DNA from: Pseudomonadota bacterium
Lineage (GTDB): Bacteria; Pseudomonadota; Gammaproteobacteria; UBA9214
Direction of reading: 5' to 3'
Assembly (NCBI GenBank): GCA_039714155.1
Contig: JBDLJX010000002.1
Location: forward strand, 1,286 to 65,285
Length of the DNA: 64,000 bases
The notes under the pieces are model-generated. The model saw only the letters and a program-made list of their open reading frames with translations. It had not been told where the DNA came from and did no database searches. Positions 38,379 through 49,108 of this stretch are shown here, piece by piece. The position numbers and the translations under genes are program-made. Every line of letters begins with the position of its first letter. The first letter of the stretch is position 1.

Positions 38379-38851
38379 TATTTTAGCTCCGTGCAGACAG
38401 TTTGATCATTCCCCTCAAGTGCCGCGCGCAGGGTATGCCAGGGCAGGGTGGCGCATTTGATACGCATCGGGTATTCGCGCACACCGGTCAGCACCTGCAG
38501 CTTGCCGACATCACCGGCCTGGCCTTCATCGGTCAACAGGTTGTGCATATCCTGGAACAGGGCCCGGGCCTCGGCGACCGTCTTGCCCTTGATACACTCG
38601 GTCATCATCGATGCCGAGGCAGTGGAAATGGCGCAGCCGGAACCCTCGAAACCGACATCCTCGACAATATTGTTTGTCACTTTCAGGTGGATAGTAAACT
38701 CGTCATTACAGATTGGATTAAAACCGTGTGCGTGACAGTTGGCACCTGCCGGCATCTTGAGGAAGTTGCGCGGGTTGCGGTTATGGTCAAGGATCATTTC
38801 CTCATAGAGCTGTCGCTGGTATGACATCGTTCCGGCCCCGTGGGTGCTCAC
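38378..38851 (-). CDS. sufU: SufU/NifU-like Fe-S cluster assembly sulfur-transfer protein
   Basis: LYEEMILDHNRNPRNF, NPICNDEF, EGSGCAISTASASMMTECIKGKTV and RIKCATLPW match the SufU/IscU-N family. The start may be the internal Met at 38827. Confidence 0.8.
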   Translation of the reverse strand: MSTHGAGTMSYQRQLYEEMILDHNRNPRNFLKMPAGANCHAHGFNPICNDEFTIHLKVTNNIVEDVGFEGSGCAISTASASMMTECIKGKTVAEARALFQDMHNLLTDEGQAGDVGKLQVLTGVREYPMRIKCATLPWHTLRAALEGNDQTVCTELK

Positions 38852-40195
38852 TCAATGCACCGCCTGTTCCTGCTGCAATCTCAATGCCCCGGTATCCATC
38901 AGCCGTGCCGCGAGTTCCTGCTCCAGCAGCTGGCGGACAGGTTGCAACCGGATGCGTTCCAGTATGTCGGCTGCAAAGGCGTACACCAGCATGCTGCGTG
39001 CGGTTGCCTCATCTACGGCGCGGGTGCGGAGATAGTACAGTGCTTCGGCATCGAGTTGGCCGACGGTACAGCCGTGTGCGCACTTGACGTCATCGGCATA
39101 GATCTCGAGCTGCGGCTTGGCATCCACCTCGGCATCACCGGATAACAGCAGGTTGTGATTTGTTTGTTGTGCAGTGGTGTGTTGTGCGTCCTGGTGTACC
39201 ACCACACGGCCGTTGAACACAGCGCGGGAATGCCCGTCCAGCACGCCCTTGTACCACTCGTTGCTGGTAGCCTGCGGCTTGTTGTGGTCAATCCATGTAT
39301 GGTTGTCCACGTGCTGCCGCCCCCGGGTAAGGTACAGGCCGTTCAGCGTACATTCAGCACCGGTGTCATCAAGATCGACATGCAGGTCATTCCTGACCAG
39401 CCGGCCACCGAGGGTAATATTGTGAGATGTGAACCGGCTGTCACGGCCCTGTCTGACATAGATGCCCGCAAGGTGAAAGGCCGATGGGCCTTCCTGTTCG
39501 AGTTTGTAATGTTCAATGTCGGCACCCTCGCCGGTGATGATTTCCGTCACCGTACTGGTCAGGCAGGTGGCATCCTGCAGGGCGATATAGGATTCCACAA
39601 TACTGGCCCTGCTGTTCGCGCCGGCAATAACGACATTCCTCACTGTCGACAGCGTCTCCGGTATCCCGGTGGTAATGAACACAAGATGTATCGGTAACTC
39701 AAGGATGGCACCGGCTGACAGGTCGATAAAGGCGCCGTCGGTCATGAAGGCCGTATTGAAGGCGTTGAAGCCCGGTTGCTCCAGCCCGGCGTTTTGACCC
39801 AGCACGTTCTCCAGCACGTCCGGCGCATCATCCAGCACACTTGCCAGGCTGGTGATGGTGACGCCGTCCAGCAGGGTGTTGAATGGACACAGTTCAGGGG
39901 TGAAGTGACCATCGACGAACACCAGCCGGTGTGCGGGTTCATTGCCCGGCAGCCAGGGCTGCAATGCCGTGGCATCGAACCCCACGGCAGTGGCGGAGGG
40001 GGTGAAGTGATGCCGCGCCAGACTGCGCAAATCGGTGTATTTCCATTCCTCCAGGCGCGTCCCGGGGAAGCCCAGTGCCATAAAGGCATCGATGGCATCC
40101 GTGCGCAAGGCATTGATCCAGGGGACCGCTGCCCCCGGGAGGTGATGCTTCATTTCCGGGAATTCCCCGGCATAGACGGTGTGTGGCGCGTTCAT
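38852..40195 (-). CDS. sufD: Fe-S cluster assembly protein SufD
   Basis: SufBD beta-helix repeats. Start chosen at MNAPHTVYAG, whose ATG overlaps the sufC stop (ATGA). The ORF is open to 40228. Confidence 0.85.
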   Translation of the reverse strand: MNAPHTVYAGEFPEMKHHLPGAAVPWINALRTDAIDAFMALGFPGTRLEEWKYTDLRSLARHHFTPSATAVGFDATALQPWLPGNEPAHRLVFVDGHFTPELCPFNTLLDGVTITSLASVLDDAPDVLENVLGQNAGLEQPGFNAFNTAFMTDGAFIDLSAGAILELPIHLVFITTGIPETLSTVRNVVIAGANSRASIVESYIALQDATCLTSTVTEIITGEGADIEHYKLEQEGPSAFHLAGIYVRQGRDSRFTSHNITLGGRLVRNDLHVDLDDTGAECTLNGLYLTRGRQHVDNHTWIDHNKPQATSNEWYKGVLDGHSRAVFNGRVVVHQDAQHTTAQQTNHNLLLSGDAEVDAKPQLEIYADDVKCAHGCTVGQLDAEALYYLRTRAVDEATARSMLVYAFAADILERIRLQPVRQLLEQELAARLMDTGALRLQQEQAVH

Positions 40196-40953
40196 CAGGC
40201 CGCCCCCGCTGTTATCCCGTTCAGCCATTCGTAGCCGCGCTCTTCCAGTTCCAGCGCCAGTTCGGGGCCACCCGAGCGGACAATGCGGCCCGCACCAAGC
40301 ACATGCACGAAGTCAGGCGTGATGTAGTTCAGCAGGCGCTGGTAATGCGTGACGATAATGAAAGCGCGCGTGTCACTGCGCAGCTGGTTGACGCCATCGG
40401 CAACCGTCCTGAGTGCGTCGATGTCGAGTCCGGAATCCGTTTCGTCAAGGATGGCCAGTCGGGGTTCCAGTACCATCATCTGCAATATCTCGTTACGTTT
40501 TTTCTCACCCCCGGAAAAGCCTTCATTGACCGAGCGATAAATCAGGGACTCATCCATTCTCACCATCTCCACCTTTTCCCTTACCAGGGCAATGAAATCC
40601 ATGGCATCGAGTTCCTCCAGCCCCTGGTGCTTGCGGACGGCATTGAGCGCCGCCTTGAGGAAATAGATATTGCCGACACCGGGGATCTCGACGGGATACT
40701 GAAACGCGAGAAAGATGCCCGCCCGCGCCCGTTCTTCCGGCGGCATGGCCTGCAGGTCCCGGCCGTTATACAGCATCTCGCCCCGGGTAACCCGGTACTG
40801 GTCATGGCCGGCCAGTACGTGGGCAAAGGTGCTCTTGCCGGAACCGTTCGGCCCCATGATGGCGTGTACTTCGCCGGCCTTTACCGACAGATCGATACCA
40901 TTGAGAATCGGTGTGTCATCGACTGTTGCGTGCAGGTTTTTTATCGACAGCAT
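40195..40953 (-). CDS. sufC: Fe-S cluster assembly ATPase SufC
   Basis: MLSIKNLHATVDD..., Walker A GPNGSGKST, ABC signature FSGGEKKRNEILQ. The ORF is open to 41028, but the N-terminal extension is absent from SufC homologues. Confidence 0.9.
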   Translation of the reverse strand: MLSIKNLHATVDDTPILNGIDLSVKAGEVHAIMGPNGSGKSTFAHVLAGHDQYRVTRGEMLYNGRDLQAMPPEERARAGIFLAFQYPVEIPGVGNIYFLKAALNAVRKHQGLEELDAMDFIALVREKVEMVRMDESLIYRSVNEGFSGGEKKRNEILQMMVLEPRLAILDETDSGLDIDALRTVADGVNQLRSDTRAFIIVTHYQRLLNYITPDFVHVLGAGRIVRSGGPELALELEERGYEWLNGITAGAA

Positions 40954-40972
40954 TCCAGGCCTCCTGTGCAGA

Positions 40973-42436
40973 TCAACCGATGGCGCCTTCCAGGCTGATG
41001 CCCAGGAGCTTCTGTGCCTCAACGGCAAACTCCATCGGCAATTCGTTAAGCACCTGCTTGCAGAAACCGTTGACTATCAGGGTCACGGCATCTTCGGCGG
41101 ACAGTCCGCGTTGCCTGCAGTAGAACAGCTGGTCTTCCCCGATGCGGGAGGTGGTCGCCTCATGCTCGACCCGGGCAGTGTTGTTTTTTACCTCGATGTA
41201 GGGGAAGGTATGGGCGCCGCAACGATCGCCCATTAGCAGTGAATCACACTGGGTATAGTTGCGGGCACCGTCCGCGCTTTTCAGTACTTTTACCAGGCCG
41301 CGGTAGGCATTCTGGCCCTGCCGCGCCGAGATACCCTTGGAGATGATGCTGCTGCGGGTGTTCCTGCCGATGTGGATCATCTTGGTGCCGGTATCCGCCT
41401 GCTGGAAATTGTTGGTCATGGCAACCGAATAGAACTCACCAACCGAATTGTCGCCTTCCAGGATGACGCTGGGATATTTCCAGGTGATGGCCGAGCCGGT
41501 TTCCACCTGGGTCCAGGAGATCCTGGCATTTGCGCCGCTGCAGATACCGCGTTTGGTGACGAAGTTGTAGATACCACCCTGCCCCTGTTCATCACCCGGA
41601 TACCAGTTCTGCACGGTCGAGTACTTGATCCGGGCATCCTTGTGCGCGATCAGTTCCACCACCGCGGCATGCAGCTGGTTCTCGTCGCGCATGGGTGCCG
41701 TACAACCTTCCAGGTAACTGACATAACTGCCTTCATCGGCAATGATGAGGGTGCGCTCGAACTGACCGGTATTCAATGCATTGATGCGAAAATATGTCGA
41801 CAGTTCCATCGGGCAGTGCACGCCCTTCGGTACGTACACAAACGAACCGTCACTGAAGACCGCCGCGTTCAGACTGGCATAGAAGTTATCGGTATAGGGC
41901 ACGACACTGCCGAGGTATTGCCGCACCAGGTCGGGGTGATTGTGCACGGCCTCCGAGAAGGAACAGAAGATGATGCCGTGTTCCGCAAGTTTGTCCTTGA
42001 AGGTGGTTGCCACCGATACACTGTCAAATACCGCATCCACGGCCACACCGGCAAGTGCCTTTTGCTCTGCCAGCGGGATGCCGAGCTTCTCGTAGGTCTC
42101 GAGTAATTTGGGATCCACTTCATCGAGACTGGCAGGCCCGTCGCTGTGTGATTTTGGTGCGGAGTAATAGACGATGGACTGAAAATCGATTGCCGGGTAA
42201 TGCACACTGGACCATTGGGGTACGGTCATGGTCTGCCAGTGGCGGAAGGCCTTGAGCCGCCAGTCCAGCATGAAATCAGGTTCCTGCTTTTTACGGGAAA
42301 TTTGCCGAATAATCCCCTCGTCAAGGCCGGGCGCTACGCTATCGGCCTCTACGTCAGTGACGAAACCCGCCTGATAATCCGTTTTCAGCAGGGTATCGAT
42401 ATGTGGATTGACGGCCACCATCACAACCACCTGCAA
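40973..42436 (-). CDS. sufB: Fe-S cluster assembly scaffold SufB
   Basis: Near-collinear match to SufB along its length ([20 protein letters not shown]...[14 protein letters not shown]...). Confidence 0.9.
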   Translation of the reverse strand: MQVVVMVAVNPHIDTLLKTDYQAGFVTDVEADSVAPGLDEGIIRQISRKKQEPDFMLDWRLKAFRHWQTMTVPQWSSVHYPAIDFQSIVYYSAPKSHSDGPASLDEVDPKLLETYEKLGIPLAEQKALAGVAVDAVFDSVSVATTFKDKLAEHGIIFCSFSEAVHNHPDLVRQYLGSVVPYTDNFYASLNAAVFSDGSFVYVPKGVHCPMELSTYFRINALNTGQFERTLIIADEGSYVSYLEGCTAPMRDENQLHAAVVELIAHKDARIKYSTVQNWYPGDEQGQGGIYNFVTKRGICSGANARISWTQVETGSAITWKYPSVILEGDNSVGEFYSVAMTNNFQQADTGTKMIHIGRNTRSSIISKGISARQGQNAYRGLVKVLKSADGARNYTQCDSLLMGDRCGAHTFPYIEVKNNTARVEHEATTSRIGEDQLFYCRQRGLSAEDAVTLIVNGFCKQVLNELPMEFAVEAQKLLGISLEGAIG

Positions 42437-42600
42437 TACTGTGCGAGGATATTAAGTTATTGATAAATAACATTAATACCAGCTACTACGCGAACAACTA
42501 CCAACTGTGTAGCATAAAGTAAATATATAATAACCCAGTAAAACAGTCAAGTATTTTTACTGATCCGGATTTCCCATCACTATCGAGAGGCTCGCGGGAA
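42437..42600 (-). promoter_or_regulatory. AT-rich suf promoter region with a near-palindromic candidate operator
   Basis: GC is far below the flanks. GTTATTGATAAATAAC (14/16 palindromic) overlaps a Fur-box-like TGATAAATAACATTA. Confidence 0.35.
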
Positions 42601-42610
42601 TGACGTCGTG

Positions 42611-43705
42611 TTATTTCTGCTTGCTTTTCAGCACTTCCAGCCGCGCCAGGACCTTGTTGGCGCGCTCCAGGCGTTCATTGATTTCGTTGTTGTCCGGGTC
42701 AATTTCCCTTGCCTTGTTCCAGGTCTTGATGGCGGCCGTGACATTGTCAGCCCGGTATTGCCGGTCACCGTTGGCGATCAGTTTGTCTACGCGTTCAGCA
42801 ATCACTGTATTCAGCCGGGTTGCGGTAGCCTTGACCCTTTTGGTCGAGCGCGTTGAGTTCGGGATCTTGTTGAACGTTACCCGTGCGGTTACCAGGTCAT
42901 CTTCGTCCAGTGCAGTTTCCGTCTTTTCGACCAGTTTCTGGGTTTTGTTGATATATTTCTTTTTCAGTGTGCGCTGTTGCTTGACCTTGATGACGCGTGC
43001 CTGCCTGGCCTCGATGGTACGTTCGCTCTTTCTTTCAGACTCAAGACGGGTGAGGGCGGCCGATATTTCACCGGTATTTTCCATGTCACTGGCAAGACGC
43101 AGGCATTCTTCTGCCGCGTCCAGTTCGTCCATGTCCAGCTTGTCATTACCGCATTCAAGCAGTTCACCATGCAACTGGCGGACTTCTGATTGATTACGGG
43201 AATTCTCCCAGCGTTCTGTGAAGGTCGGAGCGTCGAGGTTAAGCTGTTCGTTATAGAGCTTCTGCTCATCCAGCAGGAAGCGGGCGCGCGCCATGAGCTT
43301 CTGACGTTCATTTTCCTGCAGCCTTGCCGTACGCTTGCTATCGAGTTCGCCACGATAAAACTGTATACGGGTGTTCTCCGGGACCTTCTGCAAACCATCA
43401 TCCAGGATGCCGATTGCGCCAACGAGATTTTTATTGCCGGCTTCCGCCTGCGCTGCATCCAGTATGGTGTTCTCGTAGGCAGTAATGCGTTCCTGTAACT
43501 GCTGGCGTCTCTCGGGGGTATCAAGCTGCGGGTATGTGTCGAGCAATTCTCCGGCCCGGGCATATTCCTGCTGTCCCATCAGGGTTTGCAGATCCTCCGG
43601 CCTGTCCTGCCCGAACCTGACACTGTCAAGACTGGCACAGCCGGTCAGGGCTGAAAGTAACAGCAGCCTGGTCAGGAGCTTGTAATCAGGCATCTTCATA
43701 TTCAT
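42611..43705 (-). CDS. coiled-coil lipoprotein (364 aa), hypothetical
   Basis: Lipobox LSALTGCAS. Extensive coiled-coil/TPR-like helical repeats. It overlaps the adenylate cyclase gene by 20 nt, so it is probably co-transcribed. Confidence 0.5.
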   Translation of the reverse strand: MNMKMPDYKLLTRLLLLSALTGCASLDSVRFGQDRPEDLQTLMGQQEYARAGELLDTYPQLDTPERRQQLQERITAYENTILDAAQAEAGNKNLVGAIGILDDGLQKVPENTRIQFYRGELDSKRTARLQENERQKLMARARFLLDEQKLYNEQLNLDAPTFTERWENSRNQSEVRQLHGELLECGNDKLDMDELDAAEECLRLASDMENTGEISAALTRLESERKSERTIEARQARVIKVKQQRTLKKKYINKTQKLVEKTETALDEDDLVTARVTFNKIPNSTRSTKRVKATATRLNTVIAERVDKLIANGDRQYRADNVTAAIKTWNKAREIDPDNNEINERLERANKVLARLEVLKSKQK

Positions 43706-45344
43706 CCTGCATGCTGACCGTGTTTAGCTGTTCATCAATGACGTTCTGCCAGTCTGCCGTCAGGCATTCGACCAGATAGGTACTGACCGGTTCCTTGATG
43801 CCGCGCAGGCGAATGGACTGGTACTCACCGGCAAGCACCCGTTCCTGCACATCGGGGAACATGTACAGGGTGCGCGAGATTACGATCTGCCCGCTGTTGG
43901 TAATACCGCAGAGCCGTGAGGCCATATTTACGACATCGCCAACCACCGTATATTCCATGCGTTCCTTCGATCCCATATTGCCAGCCAGCATGGTGCCTGA
44001 ATTGATACCAATCCTGAACTGGATCGGGGACAATCCCTGTTGCTCACGATCTGCGTTTTCCTGTTCAATCAGTTTCTGGATAAGCAGCGCACAGGCAATG
44101 GCATTGAAGCGGTGATTCTCATCCGGTTGCGGTGTACCAAATACCAGCATGGCACCGTCTCCCATGTACTTGTCCACGATACCGTTGTTGGCCTCGCAGG
44201 CCCGGGTAAGCAGCGAGAAATAACGGTTCAAAATACTGACCAGGTCTTCCGGCTTGATGTTTTCAGCAATCTGTGTGAAGCCGACAATGTCTGCGAAGAT
44301 AACGGTGGCCTCGACACGCTTGCCACCCAGTTCTACATCATCAAGGTTGGCGAGAATTTCGCGTGCGACACCCGGTGATACGTAGCGGGACAGGGCGTCC
44401 TTGACGCGCGATTTTTCCAGCAGGCCCTCGGCCATTTCGTCAAAGGCATCCATTAGCTGGCCGAGTTCGTCACTGCGGCGCTCCTTGAAACGGATGTTGT
44501 AATCACCCTTGGCGATGGCATGACTGGCATCGACCAGCAGGTCTATCGGGTCGGTGATGCGCTTGCCAATGATGAATGACATGGCGATACCGAGGAAAAT
44601 AATCAGCAGGGTGGCGCCCGCAATCGCTTGTTTGGCACTTCTCAACGAGGCTTCCATGCCGGCACGGTTGATGGTCACCATGGTATACCCGGCGGTGACG
44701 CCCTGGAAGATCACCGGTTCAATAAAGGAAATGACCTGCTTGCCGGTCGTGCTGGCCGTTCCCGGCCAGGTCCATAGCAGCGAACCTGGCACTTGTTCCA
44801 TCAGGCGGTTCAGGGCATTGACCTGGCTCTGGTGTTCACCATTGTGGTAGCCGCCGGCATGGGCGATGGTGTTGCCTTCCAGTGTGATGATAGCGGCGCC
44901 ACTGATGCTGCTGCTATTGGTAAAACCGGTGGTAATAACATCCAGTGCCAGCTGGTCCTCGGCCAGTAACGGTTCCTTGGCTGACTTGGCCATCAGGCGT
45001 GCCAGTGTTGTGCCCTGTTCCTGGATCTGGCTTTCGAATAGCCGGGTCTGCTGTTGCACGATGATAGAGCCGAGCAGGGTCATGCAGGTCACGACCAACA
45101 CAGTGATCAGCATGGATAACTTGTATACCAGAGGTATGCGCTGCGCCTGTTTATGCAAGCGGGTGAAGCGCTTGCCAGTGTTTGTCGTCAGGCCGGTGAC
45201 AACATTGTTCACGCGGTCGGTGCGCTGGTGCCATGCTGTCTGAAATGCAGTATCGGTCGCGTGGTAACTGGCAAGCAGCCGGTTACGGGTTGCAATACAT
45301 TGCTGTCCGACAGTCTGCACGATGTTGTTTGATGGATCGGTCAT
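43686..45344 (-). CDS. membrane sensor adenylate/guanylate cyclase (class III) with periplasmic sensor and HAMP domains
   Basis: Two TM helices flank a periplasmic domain, followed by HAMP (DLLVDASHAIAKGDYNIRF) and a CYC domain (VIFADIVGFTQIAE...YMGDGAMLVFG...). Confidence 0.75.
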   Translation of the reverse strand: MTDPSNNIVQTVGQQCIATRNRLLASYHATDTAFQTAWHQRTDRVNNVVTGLTTNTGKRFTRLHKQAQRIPLVYKLSMLITVLVVTCMTLLGSIIVQQQTRLFESQIQEQGTTLARLMAKSAKEPLLAEDQLALDVITTGFTNSSSISGAAIITLEGNTIAHAGGYHNGEHQSQVNALNRLMEQVPGSLLWTWPGTASTTGKQVISFIEPVIFQGVTAGYTMVTINRAGMEASLRSAKQAIAGATLLIIFLGIAMSFIIGKRITDPIDLLVDASHAIAKGDYNIRFKERRSDELGQLMDAFDEMAEGLLEKSRVKDALSRYVSPGVAREILANLDDVELGGKRVEATVIFADIVGFTQIAENIKPEDLVSILNRYFSLLTRACEANNGIVDKYMGDGAMLVFGTPQPDENHRFNAIACALLIQKLIEQENADREQQGLSPIQFRIGINSGTMLAGNMGSKERMEYTVVGDVVNMASRLCGITNSGQIVISRTLYMFPDVQERVLAGEYQSIRLRGIKEPVSTYLVECLTADWQNVIDEQLNTVSMQDEYEDA

Positions 45345-45451
45345 GCCGCCCTCCGGCAGGCCTGTCCCGGATGCAATTCCTGCGTCGCGGCACGACGGGT
45401 GCGTGTGTACAATAACGCTTCTTTCTGATGCACCAGTCGCAGGACGCTGTT

Positions 45452-46666
45452 ATGACCCTGATTCGACCCTTTGCCGGCTTGCGCCCGGTTGCCGGACGTG
45501 CCGCCGAGGTGGTGGCGCCGCCGTATGACGTGCTGAACAGTGCCGAGGCGCGTACGCGTGCAGCGGGCCGGCCGTGGAGCTTTCTGCATATCTCCAGGGC
45601 CGAAATCGACCTGCCCGAGGGCACCGATCCGCATGACCCGGCGGTCTATGCGATGGCCGCGAGCAACCTCAAGCGCATGCTCGAAGAGGGTGTGCTGCAG
45701 CGCGACGCTGGTGTCTGTTACTACGTTTACCGTCTGGTGATGGGCGAGCATAGCCAGACCGGACTGGTTGCCGTGGCCTCCGTAGCGGACTATGACAGCA
45801 ACCGGATCCGCAAACATGAATTTACCCGGCCCGATAAGGAAAATGACCGTGTCAGCCAGATTGAGGCCCTGAATGCGCAGACCGGTCCGGTACTGCTGGC
45901 CTACAAGTCCCGTGACGATATTGACGCCTTGCTTGAGGCGGTGACCCGCGATGAACCGGAGGTCGATCTGGTTGCCGATGATGGTATTGGTCACAGTTTC
46001 TGGGTGGTCGGTGGCAGCGAACAGATTGAGCGGATTACCCGGGCGTTTGATGCCATGGATAACCTGTATATCGCCGATGGTCACCATCGTTCCGCGGCGG
46101 CCTCGCGGGTCGCCGCGCAGCACAGCGGTGATGGCTCCGGCTGGTTCCTGAGCGTGATCTTCCCCCATAACCAGATGCAGATTCTTGATTACAACCGTGT
46201 AGTTCGTGACCTGAACGGCCTGTCGCCGGAACAGTTGCTTGCCGGACTGGTTGAAAATTTCACGGTCACGCCGGTTGACAGTGCCCGTCACCCTGCCGGT
46301 CCTGGCGAGTTCGGCATGTACCTGGCCGGGCAGTGGTACCGGTTGCAGATACATCCGGACCGGATTCCGGCTGACCCGGTGGCGAAGCTCGATGTCAGCC
46401 TGCTGGCAGATAACCTGCTTGAACCACTGCTTGGTATCAGCGATCCGCGGCGTGACAGCAGAATTGATTTCGTTGGAGGAATCCGCGGACTTGGCGAATT
46501 GCAGCGGCGGGTGGACAGTGGCGAAATGCAGGTGGCGTTTTCCCTGTTCCCTACCAGTATGGAAGACCTGATGGCCGTCGCCGATGCCGCTGAAGTCATG
46601 CCACCGAAATCCACCTGGTTTGAACCCAAGCTGGCGGATGGACTGGTTTCTCACATGCTCGATTGA
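45452..46666 (+). CDS. DUF1015-family protein
   Basis: MTLIRPFAGLRPVAGRAAEVVAPPYDVLNSAEAR at the N-terminus and a length of ~405 aa fit DUF1015. The ORF is open from 45428. Confidence 0.6.
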   Translation: MTLIRPFAGLRPVAGRAAEVVAPPYDVLNSAEARTRAAGRPWSFLHISRAEIDLPEGTDPHDPAVYAMAASNLKRMLEEGVLQRDAGVCYYVYRLVMGEHSQTGLVAVASVADYDSNRIRKHEFTRPDKENDRVSQIEALNAQTGPVLLAYKSRDDIDALLEAVTRDEPEVDLVADDGIGHSFWVVGGSEQIERITRAFDAMDNLYIADGHHRSAAASRVAAQHSGDGSGWFLSVIFPHNQMQILDYNRVVRDLNGLSPEQLLAGLVENFTVTPVDSARHPAGPGEFGMYLAGQWYRLQIHPDRIPADPVAKLDVSLLADNLLEPLLGISDPRRDSRIDFVGGIRGLGELQRRVDSGEMQVAFSLFPTSMEDLMAVADAAEVMPPKSTWFEPKLADGLVSHMLD

Positions 46667-46805
46667 CATTGACCGGTTGCCGCCTGTTTCAGGTATCATC
46701 TGCGTATCGGTTTGCCGGCAACTGGTTCTCATTTGTCCCTGTACGCCATGTGCTGGCATGATTTCCCCGGGGGCCGTTGTTATGCAGAATGCCTGCAGGA
46801 CCGGG

Positions 46806-48884
46806 TTACGCAAGTTCTTCCTCAAAGTTGTAACCAAGCTCCTTGCTTGGTTCCTGTACAAAGTTACCCTGGATAAAGTCGATCTCGTACTGCCATAGCA
46901 GTGCCAGGTCGCTGGGGCTGTCGACATGCTCGGCGATGGACTGCCGGCCGGTTTTGCGTACCAGCGCTACGATTTCCTGTACTTTCTCCTGGTGCTCCTT
47001 CTTCTCGGCAAGGTTGCTGATCAGGGAGCCGTCAATTTTCACCATGTCGACCATGAGGTGCTTGATCAGCTGTAACTGGCCGTGGCGGCCAAAGTGTTCG
47101 ACACAGACCCGGCAGCCGATTTTCTTCATGGATTCGATAAACAGCATGGTACTCTTCAGGTCACTGACTGCCACTGATTCGGGAAATTCGAAAACAATAT
47201 GCTCGCTTTTCAGTCCGTGATCTTTCAGGGTATTGAAGACCCAGAACGAGAATTCCTTCTTTGCCAGCGAGTTGCCTGAGGTCTTGATAAAGAATGTTGC
47301 ATTCTCATCCCGCGCATGCAGTTCTGCGAGTTCCCTGACCGCGGTTTTGAACACCCAGCGATCGATTTCGTCGATCATGCCGTTTTTCTCGGCAATGGCG
47401 ATAAACTGGCCTGGCAGGATGACCTGGTCCTGTTCATCGACAATACGTAACAGCGCCTCGTAGCAAACCTCCGTGTTGTCGCCCAGGCTGACAACCGGCT
47501 GGTAGACGAGATAGAAACGTTCATCATCAATGGTCTTGCGGATGACCTGGTCCCATTCAGGTTCATGCCCGATATCCATCTGTTCATCAACGGCGATACT
47601 GTGAACATGGATCCGGTTACCGCCGGAAGAGCGTGCTACTTCACAGGCAAGGTCGGCACGTGACAGGACATTTTCGGCACTTTTTGAATGCTCGTTGACG
47701 ACACAGATGCCGATGCTGGCTGTCATGGTGACTGCGTGGCCGTCAATTTCGGTCATTTCATCATGAATTGCCTGCCTTAACTGCTCTGCAAGTTCATGCG
47801 TTGTTTCCTCGTCACTGTCGCGGTGCAATACCGTAAAGGCGCAGTCACCAAACCGGGCAATAGACGCATTCTCACCACACAGATTTTCTATCAATTTCGC
47901 GGTGTGCCTGACGAGGGTGTCGCCACCGGACATGCCAACGCCTTCGCAGGTCTTCTTGAAGTTGTCGATGAGGATATAGGTGACGGCGTGTGCCTGGTCC
48001 TTTTCGAAGCCCTTGCTGATGGCATGATTCACCGTGCGGATAAAGTCCTGGCGGTTTGCCAGCCCGGTCAGGATGTCCTGGCGACTGAGTATGTCGAGTT
48101 TCTTTTCCAGTTCCGCACTTTCCGCAGCCCGGATGATTACCTGTATACAGTTCTCGCCATCGATACTGGAATGTGAAAATTCCATTGCCGCATTGAAGCT
48201 GTTGCCATCAGGCCCCATGCCCCTGATTTCCAGTTGGTCCGTGTCGCTGTCGCCATTGGTATAGTTGCGCAGGAATTTCTTGAAGGTCATGTGGTTGCCC
48301 GGTTCAATCATGTTGAGCACGGGCATTCCCCCGATTTCATCCACATTGCCGAGGCCAAATATGCTGAGGTAGCTGTGGTTGGCGTGGATATGCATGCCTT
48401 CGTGTATGTAGGCAATGGCATCACGGGAACTTTCCATCAGGTTGTAGCTGCGTGACTCCGCTTCCTGTAATGCAGTTTCAAGTAATTCCACCTTGTGGCG
48501 CAGATCCACGGTTTCCTTGCATCCGGCAAATGCGAGTTGCAGGCCTTGTGGTGGTTCGTAGGGCGCGCATGCCATCGCACCAGCCTGTCGTGCCGAAATG
48601 ATGGTTTTTGCATCAGCATCGTGGGTGATGGCGATAACAGGTGCAGTGCAGGACTGCTGATTCAGCAGTTTTATGACGGCGGCAGGGTCGGGTAGTGAGT
48701 CGGATTCACCGCATAGCACCAGGTCGGGTGAGGCCATTTCCAGGCGTTCGGTCAGGCTATTCAGGTCTTCAGCGAGGTCGTACTGGATCAGGAAACCGGC
48801 GTTGCGCAGTGTCGTCGCATGTATGTCCGCCTCGCTGGCAGAATTTTCCACGATAACGAGCTTGAGTTTCTCCCTGTGTTTCAC
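46806..48884 (-). CDS. REC-like / PAS / degenerate GGDEF / EAL c-di-GMP phosphodiesterase
   Basis: N-terminal receiver-like domain. The GGDEF domain has the signature degenerated to RFGDCAF. The EAL domain is intact (CYEALLRIV...DEIDRWV...). Confidence 0.75.
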   Translation of the reverse strand: MKHREKLKLVIVENSASEADIHATTLRNAGFLIQYDLAEDLNSLTERLEMASPDLVLCGESDSLPDPAAVIKLLNQQSCTAPVIAITHDADAKTIISARQAGAMACAPYEPPQGLQLAFAGCKETVDLRHKVELLETALQEAESRSYNLMESSRDAIAYIHEGMHIHANHSYLSIFGLGNVDEIGGMPVLNMIEPGNHMTFKKFLRNYTNGDSDTDQLEIRGMGPDGNSFNAAMEFSHSSIDGENCIQVIIRAAESAELEKKLDILSRQDILTGLANRQDFIRTVNHAISKGFEKDQAHAVTYILIDNFKKTCEGVGMSGGDTLVRHTAKLIENLCGENASIARFGDCAFTVLHRDSDEETTHELAEQLRQAIHDEMTEIDGHAVTMTASIGICVVNEHSKSAENVLSRADLACEVARSSGGNRIHVHSIAVDEQMDIGHEPEWDQVIRKTIDDERFYLVYQPVVSLGDNTEVCYEALLRIVDEQDQVILPGQFIAIAEKNGMIDEIDRWVFKTAVRELAELHARDENATFFIKTSGNSLAKKEFSFWVFNTLKDHGLKSEHIVFEFPESVAVSDLKSTMLFIESMKKIGCRVCVEHFGRHGQLQLIKHLMVDMVKIDGSLISNLAEKKEHQEKVQEIVALVRKTGRQSIAEHVDSPSDLALLWQYEIDFIQGNFVQEPSKELGYNFEEELA

Positions 48885-49108
48885 TGCATGACCTCACATG
48901 AATATTTTCAGCAGACTGCTGGCACGGCGGCTGTGCCTGACAGCCTCGCGCCGACCCCGACTAACTGTTTTTCGGCATTTTGGACAGTTTCTTGAATGCC
49001 GGGCAGGCTCCGGAAGGTGCTTTGAAGCGGCAGGGTGTTTCCCCGTCCGGAGTTTCCTGATAGCATGCAAGTTCCTGAAATGCTGAATATTTAGAGCAAA
49101 CACAAACC

